Below, piece by piece: positions 51,418 through 59,023 of a stretch of DNA of 59,023 nucleotides. Both the position numbers and the translations under genes were made by a program. How positions within the stretch are numbered: position 1 is the stretch's first letter; the number at the start of each line of letters is the position of its first letter. The stretch is from Chiloscyllium plagiosum (Eukaryota): NCBI RefSeq assembly GCF_004010195.1, contig NC_057750.1:6652104-6711126 (forward strand), written 5' to 3'. Below the pieces are notes generated by a model, which ran no database searches, was not told the origin of the DNA, and saw only the letters and a list, made by a program, of their open reading frames with translations.

Positions 51418-51853
51418 GTCATAGAGTCATAGAGCTGTACAGCACGGAAACAGACTCTTCAGTCCAACTCGTCCATGCCGACCAGATATCCCAAACTAAT
51501 CTAGTCTCATTTGCCAGCACCCGGCCCATATCCCTCTAAACCCTCCCTACTCATATACCCATCCAGATGCCTTTTAAATGCTGTAATTGTACCAGCCTCC
51601 ACCACTTCCTCTGGCAGCTCATTCCATACATGTACCACCCTCTGTGTGAAAAAGTTGCACCTTAGGTCCCTTTTATATCTTTCCCCTCTCACCATAAACC
51701 TATGCCCTCTAGTTCTGGACTCCCCCATCCCAGGGAAAAGACTTTGCCTATTTACCCTATCCAAGCCCCTCATGATTTTATAAACCTCTATAAGGTCACC
51801 CCTCAGCCTCCGACGCTCCAGGGAAAACAGGCCCAGCCAGATCAGCCTCTCCC
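51418..51853 (-). mobile_element. CR1/HER1 LINE 3' fragment
   Basis: LGLFSLERRRLRGDLIEVYKIM...FFTQRVVHVWNELP. Confidence 0.9.
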
Positions 51854-52797
51854 CGTCGTTCTTCAAGTAACCGCAGTGAAGAATTCTGACATTTATATTT
51901 CACTGCCTTAGCAACAGTCAGATGTCACACGACGCCAGGTTATAGTCCGACAGGTTTACTTGAAATCACAAGCTTTCAGAGCGCTGCCCCTTCATCAGGT
52001 GGAATGGAGAGGCACACAGACACAGAATTTATAGCAGAGAGATCAAAAGATCATACGGATAATGGGAGTGGATCGACTCTCTACCGCACTTAGTTGGATT
52101 ACAGGTCATCCCTTCACTTGATGACAGTTTACTCACACAGCCTGACACTTTCGATCACCTGCAGAGACGTATTGTTCAGCCTGTCAAAACCCCACACACA
52201 CCACTACTCTGATCTTTTGATCTCTCCGCTATTAGCTCTGTAGCAGGTACCCTGGACCCTGGCACAGAGTCTGGATTCTCACTCTTTGCTGCAGAGAACA
52301 GTATCAACCACGTGTCCACCCCCCCCCCCAACGCCCTGACTATGCTGTCCCCCGACCATCACCGCATCCCTTTTGGCTTCTCCAGCTTTGGGGTAGCTTT
52401 CTGTACCCACAGTGTCATAGACCTTTCAACTCGTCAGCTCACGCTGCCATCCTCTTGTTCATTTGTGAAACGTCGGTGGTCCTGGCTGGGCCCAACATTT
52501 TATTGCCTCGTCCCTGGTTAGAGTCATAGCGTCCTCCAACATGGAGCCAGGCCCTTTGTCCAGACGGGACCATGCTGACCAAAATAGAAGTGTCATAGAG
52601 TCATAGAGACGTACAGCATGAAAACAGACCCTTCGGCCCAACTCACCAATTCCGACCAGATATCCCAAATTCATCTAGTTCTGAGGAAGGGTCAGTCGAT
52701 CGGAAATGTTAACTCTGATTTCTCTCCTCACATAGTCCACAGATGTGCAGGTCAGGGGAATTAGCCATGCTAAATTGCCCATCATGATAGGTGCATT

Positions 52798-53120
52798 ATT
52801 AGATTCCCTACAGTGTAGAAACAGGTCCTTTCGCCCAACAAGTCCACACCGACCCTCCGAAGAGCAACCCACCCAGACCCATCCCACTACATTCACCCCT
52901 GACTAATGCACCTAACACTATGGGCAATTTAGCACGGCCAATTCACCCTAACCTACACATCTTTGGACTGTGGGAGGAAACTGGAGTACCCAGAGGAAAC
53001 CCACGCAGACACGGGGGGAATGTGCAAACTCCACACAGACAGTCGCCCGAGGCTGGAATTGAACCCAGGTCTCTGGCGCTGTGAGGCAGCAGCAGTGCTA
53101 ACCACTGAGCCACCGTGCCA
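52798..53120 (-). mobile_element. HE1 SINE (nested in another SINE copy)
   Basis: Complete body; flanked by the two halves of a + strand SINE 3' region. Confidence 0.85.
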
Positions 53121-54812
53121 CCTAGAGGTAAATTTAGTCTGGGGTAAATATAGGGTAGGGTAATGGGTCTGGATGGGTTGCTCTTCGGAGGGTCGCTGTG
53201 GACTTGTTGGGCCGAAGGGCCTGTTTCCACACTGTAGGGAATCTAATCTAAAAAAAAATGTTGCCAGACCTGCTGAGCTTTTCCAGCAATTTCTGCTTTT
53301 GTTTCTAAATTAATCTGGTCCCATTTGCCAGCACTTGGCCCATATCCATCCAAACCCTTCCTATTCATATCCCCATCCAGATGCCTTTTAAATGCTGTAA
53401 TTGTACCAGCCTCCACCACTTCCTCTGGCAGCTCATTCCATACACGTAACACCTTCTGGATGAAAAGGTTGCCCCTCAGGTCCCTTTTATATCTTTCCCC
53501 TCTCATATGCCCCCTAGTTTTGGGCTCCCCCACCCTGGGGAAAAGACCTTGGTTAAACACCCTATCCATGCACCTCATGGACCTGTATAAAGTCTCTAAC
53601 AATCTGTCACTAAAGCCACGCCTCACATATAAATGAAGGCTAATTTCCAGTGAAATAGGGCCTAAGGATGGAGCCTGAGTGGACTTTACCAGGCTTCAGA
53701 CCGAGAAAAGAATCTTTGCTGTTAACCTTCATCAGAACATCTTGCCAACTGATTGAGTCAAAATCCACTTCTGATTGAGAGGGATTCTGGGAAAAAAAAC
53801 GTTAATTGCGAACAAGCTTGCTGCACCAGCTCGCAATGAACCCTATCACTGTGGGTCTGGAGTCACGTGTAGGCCAGACCGGGTAAGGACGGCAGATTTC
53901 CCTCCCTAAAGGGGCAGGAGTGGTCCGCAAGGGGGCTTTTAATGATATGAGAGGTCATGCACCTGAAACATCGATCCTGCTCTAACTTGCCTCGGAAGCT
54001 GCCTGGCCTGGTCAGTTCTTAACAGTTTCCATTTTAGATTTAACGCAATTTCTTTATCTCTATCTGACAATCCGGTTGATACGTGGTCGCCACTACTAGC
54101 AATGGATCGAAATTGGACTTTAATCTCTGCAAGCTGCTGCGGTGGGACTTGAACCCACCTCTTCATTCCATGAGTTGAGGTCTCTTGTTTCCTAGATTAG
54201 AGTGGTGCTGGAAAAGCACAGCAGGTCAGGCAGCATCCAAGGAGCAGGAGAATCGACATTTCGGGCAAAAGCCCTTCATCAGGATTTTCCTGCTCCTCAG
54301 ATGCTGCCTGACCTTCTGTGCTTTTCCAGCCCCACTCTAATCTGGACTCTGATCTCCAGCATCTGCAGTCCTCACTTTTGCCTAGCCCTCTTGTTTCCTA
54401 GTCCAGTACTATAACTGCAACACAACTAACTGCCCTCCTCAGGTTTAAAATTCACTCGGGGGGGGGAGGCGGGGCATTGCTGGCTGGGGCACCAGTTAAT
54501 GCCTGGCCTGAATTGCCCCCCCACCCCACCTTGAGAAAGTGGGCTCTCTCTCCTTCGCTCCTCCCCCCCTCCCCCAACATTGGCTTCGGTGAAAATGCCA
54601 CTTTTTGCTAATTGCTGTCAGTTCTGACTGAGAGTTAGCTCACAAAATGCAAGCACAGCTTCTCTCCGCACAGATACTGCCAGACCTGCTGAGTTTCTCC
54701 AGCAATTTCTGATTTTGTTTCAGATTCCCAGCATCGGCAGTTCAAGAGGCAGTAGACCCTGGTACCTTAGCAACTTTTAAGAGGAATTTGGACAGAGATG
54801 AACAGGCAGCGA

Positions 54813-55142
54813 GTAGATTAGATTCCCTACAGTGTGGAAACAGGCCCTTCGGCCTGACAAGTCCACACCGACCCTCCGAAGAGTAACCCACCCAGACCCA
54901 TTTCCCTACCCTATATTTACCCCTGGCCAATGCACCTAACACTATGGGCAACTTAGCACGACCAATTCACCTAACTTGCACATCTTTGGACTGTAGGTGG
55001 AAACCGGAGCACCCGGAGGAAACCCACACAGACACGGGGAGAATGTGCAAACGCCACACAGACAGGAATCGAGGCTGGAATTGAACCTGGGTCCCTGGCG
55101 CTGTGAGGCAGCAGTGCTAACCACTGAGCCACCATGCCACCC
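54813..55142 (-). mobile_element. HE1 SINE
   Basis: Complete body. Confidence 0.9.
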
Positions 55143-56130
55143 ATATTATTCTGTCAAGTTTTCCAACAGAATTAAATTATGCCAATCTTTCTTGATTGTA
55201 TGTTAATTATGGTGGATGAATAAAGTACGTTTTGCTTTAAAGTTCGACCAATCGAATTGCTCTGGAACGCAACATTAACTTTTAAAGTAAGAAGCAGGTA
55301 GAGTCTAGACTATATTCTGCCCTAAATAGAGGGATACAGATCATGTGGGATTGGGTTAGAATGGCCGTTACAGACTTGATGGGCCAAAGGGCCTCTTCCT
55401 ATACTATTGAATAAATGCTGGAGGTTACCAGTGAGACCCACATCTCATGAAAGAATAAAAAAGAAAGAAAAGCTTTCTTGGGCTCCAAGCATTGGGAAAG
55501 TGTTCGTGAAAACTAATCACGGCAAGTTTTATTTTAACCGGCACCTTGCTGACCTGGCAAATATGACATAGCTGGAATACCGCGATATCTGAATAGATAT
55601 GCCGTAAATAAAGAATGACAGAGATGTGTATAATCCCAGAATTACATTCCTATTACATACTGAGTGTTTTAACATTGCTTTAAGGAGGTGTGTTGATGTC
55701 ATTAACAGAGAATTCTTGGAAGGATATTGACCTGCTGAAGCTTGGCTTAATATGGAGGAACTGGTGTTGGACTGGGATGTATAAAGTTAAAAATCACACA
55801 GCACCAGATTATAGTCTGACAGGTTTATCTGGGAGCACTAGCTTTCGAGGTGCTGCCACTTCATCTGAAATCTAGTGCTTCCAAATAAATCTGTCAGACT
55901 GTAACTTGTCGGACGGTAACTTGTCGGACTGTATACTGTCAGACTGTAACCTGGTGTGGTGTGGTTTTTAAGCTTGGCTTGGTCAGGATTTGCTGCGGTT
56001 AGGCCGATCTCTCGATTATCCAGAATATTTGGTTAACCGGCACACTCCTGATCCTGAAAGTGCCGGTTAATAAAAGGTTTTACATTGAATATATTTTTCA
56101 ATAGCTAATAACACTGCAGTGTATATATCT

Positions 56131-56575
56131 ATGTGTGTGTGTGTGTGTGTGAGAGAGTGTGTGTGTGAGTGAGAGAGTGTGTGTATATGTGAGAGTGTGT
56201 GAGTGCGTGTGTGTGCATGTATATGTGGATCATATGTGTGTGTGTGTCTGTGTGTGTGTATGTGTATGTATATGTGTGTGTGTGTCTGTGTGTGTGTATG
56301 TGTATGTATATGTGTGTGTGTGTCTGTGTGTGTGTATGTGTATGTATATGTGTGTGTGTGTCTGTGTGTGTGTATGTGTATGTATATGTGTGTGTGTGTC
56401 TGTGTGTGTGTATGTGTATGTATATGTGTGTGTGTGTCTGTGTGTGTGTATGTGTATGTATATGTGTGTGTGTGTCTGTGTGTGTGTATGTGTATGTATA
56501 TGTGTGTGTGTGTCTGTGTGTGTGTATATGTGTGTGTGTATATCTGTGTGTGTCTGTGTGTGTCTGTGTGTGTGC
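56131..56575. repeat. (TG)n-derived satellite with 38-bp period (about 8 units), within the probable TRAF 3'UTR
   Basis: TCTG landmarks every 38 nt from 56247 to 56513. Confidence 0.88.
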
Positions 56576-56795
56576 TGATGTATATGTCTATATATTATTA
56601 TATGAACTAGTTTTTTTGTAGATCCAATGTTATTTACAACGGAAATTAGTACAGTTCCATAAGTTACTGTTCTGGCCCCAGATCACAGGCGGATCTTTCT
56701 CTGTTAACAGCAGGTTCCTGAAGGGATCTACTGCCCTTGACCCTGGGGCTATTGCACAATTGGGAGCAGGCCGAGGCGAGAGAGACACAGGGGGT

Positions 56796-57373
56796 TCAGA
56801 GCTCCAGGAAATCCGACACGTCCACAGTCACCTTGATGAAGATGGTGTCGTCCTTGATGTAGTGGTGCATCTCGTTCTCGAGCACGGTCTGAGTCACAAA
56901 CAGCGGGCAGCCGGACGCCACGTTCATCTCGCTCTGAGGCCTGCGGAAGCTGGAGCTGTTGGGGTCGGGTTTGAAGGTATCCGACACGTGGGCCTTAGCC
57001 AGGCCCTGGTCCAGGAGAGTGAGGGTCACCTTCTGCTTGAACGGCCAGGGCAGCAGGGGGTCGTACTCACCGCGCATCACCACGAAGAACAGCGACAGGT
57101 GGGTGCCCTTGCCCATTCCATCGCCGTTCAGGTAGACCCTGGCACACATCTTGTAGCCGAAGGAGCTGCTGTAGAAGGGCTGGCTGTACAGGGACAGGGT
57201 CTTCCCAGATACCGCCTCCTGCTTCCGCCGCGCGTAGTCACGGATTTTCCAGATCAGTCGCCCGTTATAACTCGCTGTCTCCAGCAGCTGAAAGCGGAGA
57301 TCGATCTCAGCAAGTCGCACCTCGTGGACACTCAACAGGTTATCGTGTTGGGCAACTTGCTGTTCGACTGACT
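56796..57373 (-). CDS. TRAF3-like: TNF receptor-associated factor 3-like, last coding exon (end of TRAF-N coiled coil plus MATH/TRAF-C domain)
   Basis: LSVHEVRLAEIDLRFQLLETASYNGRLIWKIRDY.RRKQEAV.GKTLSLYSQPFY...YKMCARVYLNGDGMGKGTHLSLFFV.MRGEYD.LLPWPFKQKVTL...FKPDPNSSSF...ASGCP.FV...YIKDDTIFIKV. Acceptor tttcAG at 57375-57374, phase 1; TGA at 56798-56796. The ORF-track Met at 57401 is intronic. Confidence 0.95.
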
Positions 57374-57427
57374 CTGAAATCAATAACCAGGGATAGTTCA
57401 TTATTATCCTAATATTCTAGCGAGGAA

Positions 57428-58128
57428 ACTAACTAAACAATAAACTAACTAGCTTACTAATTACCTAACTGACCAACTAATTAGCAAATTAGCTAATTAA
57501 CTATCTGATTAACCAATTAACTAGCTAACTGACTAATTAATTAAACAATTAGCTAGGCAAGTAATTCAGTAATGACCTAATTAGCCATGTAATTTATTAA
57601 CCAACTAACTAGTTAAATAACTAGTTAACTAACCACTAGCTAGCCAACTGAATGATTACCTAATTCACTAACTAAGTAGTTGACTAACAAATTAATGAAT
57701 GAATTAGCTAATTAACCATCTAACTAACTAACCAAGTAACTAGCTCATGAATTAGCATCTCTGCTCATGAACTATATAACTAACTAACCAGCAGTTAGTT
57801 AGTTAGATAGTTAGTTACACACACATGCATACACACCCACATACACTCTCACACACACATACATACACACACACCACTATCTAACTAGTTAACAATTAAC
57901 TAGCCAACTAACTAATTGACTAACCAACCAATTATTTAACTAAGTAATTAACTAACAAACTAATTGAATATTTATCTAAGTAACTATATAACTATGTTAA
58001 CTGTATAACTAACTAACAAACTGACTAGTTAATTAATTTGCAATTAATTATTTAACCAATAAACGAATGAATGAACTTACTAACTAACTATCTATTTAAC
58101 TAACTAGCTAGCTAACTAACTAACTAAC
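57428..58128. repeat. Degenerate (AACT)n/(TTAG)n satellite in the last TRAF intron
   Basis: About 700 bp of AACT/TAAT variants with an embedded CA tract. Confidence 0.85.
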
Positions 58129-58309
58129 CCCTGAAAGGTAACTGTAACAAAAACAAACATTAATGGAAATGTATTGAATATGCCCCTGAAGCTGATAATA
58201 CCCACCAGATCCCACGGTGTCTACCAGCCGTGGTAGATCACAAGCTCACCGCTGGATTGGGGATGCCCAGGCACTAACATAACTTCAGAAAAGAGATTGG
58301 TCAGACCCC

Positions 58310-59023
58310 ACCTGCCGGTAAAGGGACGGCTAGAAAATGGGAAGCCTTCAGGAATAAGATAACGTGAGTCCAGAGACAGTAAATTCCTGTCAGGGTGAAA
58401 GGGCAGTCTGGTAGATGTAGGGAGTGCTGGAAGACGAGAGAAATTGAGGGTTTGGTTAAGAAAAAGAAGGAAGCATATGTAAGGTATAGACAGGAGAGAT
58501 CGAGGGAATCCTTAGAAGAGTATAAAGGCAGTAGGAGTATACTTAAGAGGGGAATCAGGAGGGCAAAACGGGGACATGAGATAGCTTTGGCAAATAGAAT
58601 TAAGGAGAATCCAAAGAGTTTTTACAAATATATTAAGAACAAAAGGTTAACTAGGGAGAGGATTGGGCCCCTCAAAGATCAGCAAGGCGGCCTTTGTGTG
58701 GAGCCACAGAAAATGGGGGAGATACTAAATGAGTATTTTGCATCAGTGTTTACTGTGGAGGAGGACATGGAAGATATAGAATATGGGGAAATAGATGGTG
58801 ACATCTTGCAAAATGTCCAGGTTACAGAGGAGGAAGTGCTGGATGTCTTGAAACACATAAAAGTGGATAAATCCCCAGGACCTGATCAGGTGTACCCTAG
58901 AACTCTGTGGGAAGCGAGAGAAGTGATTGCTGGGCCTCTTACTGAAATATCTCTATCATCGATAGTCACAGGTGAGGTGCCAGAAGACTGGAGGTTGGCT
59001 AACGTGGTGCCACTGTTTAAGAA
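58310..59023 (+). mobile_element. CR1/HER1 LINE ORF2 (linker to start of RT), antisense in the TRAF intron, running off the window
   Basis: Frame open from 58383 to the end: ...IKENPKSFYKYIK...LNEYFASVFT...KSPGPDQVYPR.L...GEVPEDWRLANVVPLFK. Confidence 0.93.

Noticed and set aside
55528..55533. Minus-strand AATAAA as the TRAF poly(A) signal
   Set aside because: It sits beside MITE-like TTAACCGGCAC repeats and cannot be assigned without 3'-end data.
57374..57401. ORF-track start MNYPWLLIS for a single-exon TRAF protein or retrocopy
   Set aside because: TRAF similarity begins exactly at a phase 1 AG acceptor, so the upstream codons are intron read-through.

Overview
Repeat-dense vertebrate genomic DNA, almost certainly from a shark or other elasmobranch: many HE1-type tRNA-derived SINEs, partner CR1/HER1 LINE 3' ends, Rex1 and Penelope-like remnants, and five N-gaps. 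It holds two convergent protein-coding loci. (1) + strand: a multi-exon LBH-domain gene assembled by hand. Exons 1849-1929 and 13347-13581 give MENVSLKENVEHLPVQ|IFPDP...GRLPSITVE...EVESGELRWPP. The frame then continues through phase-compatible exons at 16803, 18473, 20842 and 24784 (coiled coil), and probably 30929, 33529 and 35074. That gives about 330 aa, against about 105 aa for canonical LBH. (2) - strand: the terminal MATH/TRAF-C exon (56796-57373) of a TRAF3-like gene with some TRAF5-like features, possibly an extra TRAF3/5 ohnologue. Several Penelope-like retroelement families carry minimal hammerhead ribozyme cores, often as inverted pairs. Nearly all other ORFs in the track are repeat artefacts. 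Family assignments rest on recalled reference sequences, not database searches, and repeat boundaries are approximate.
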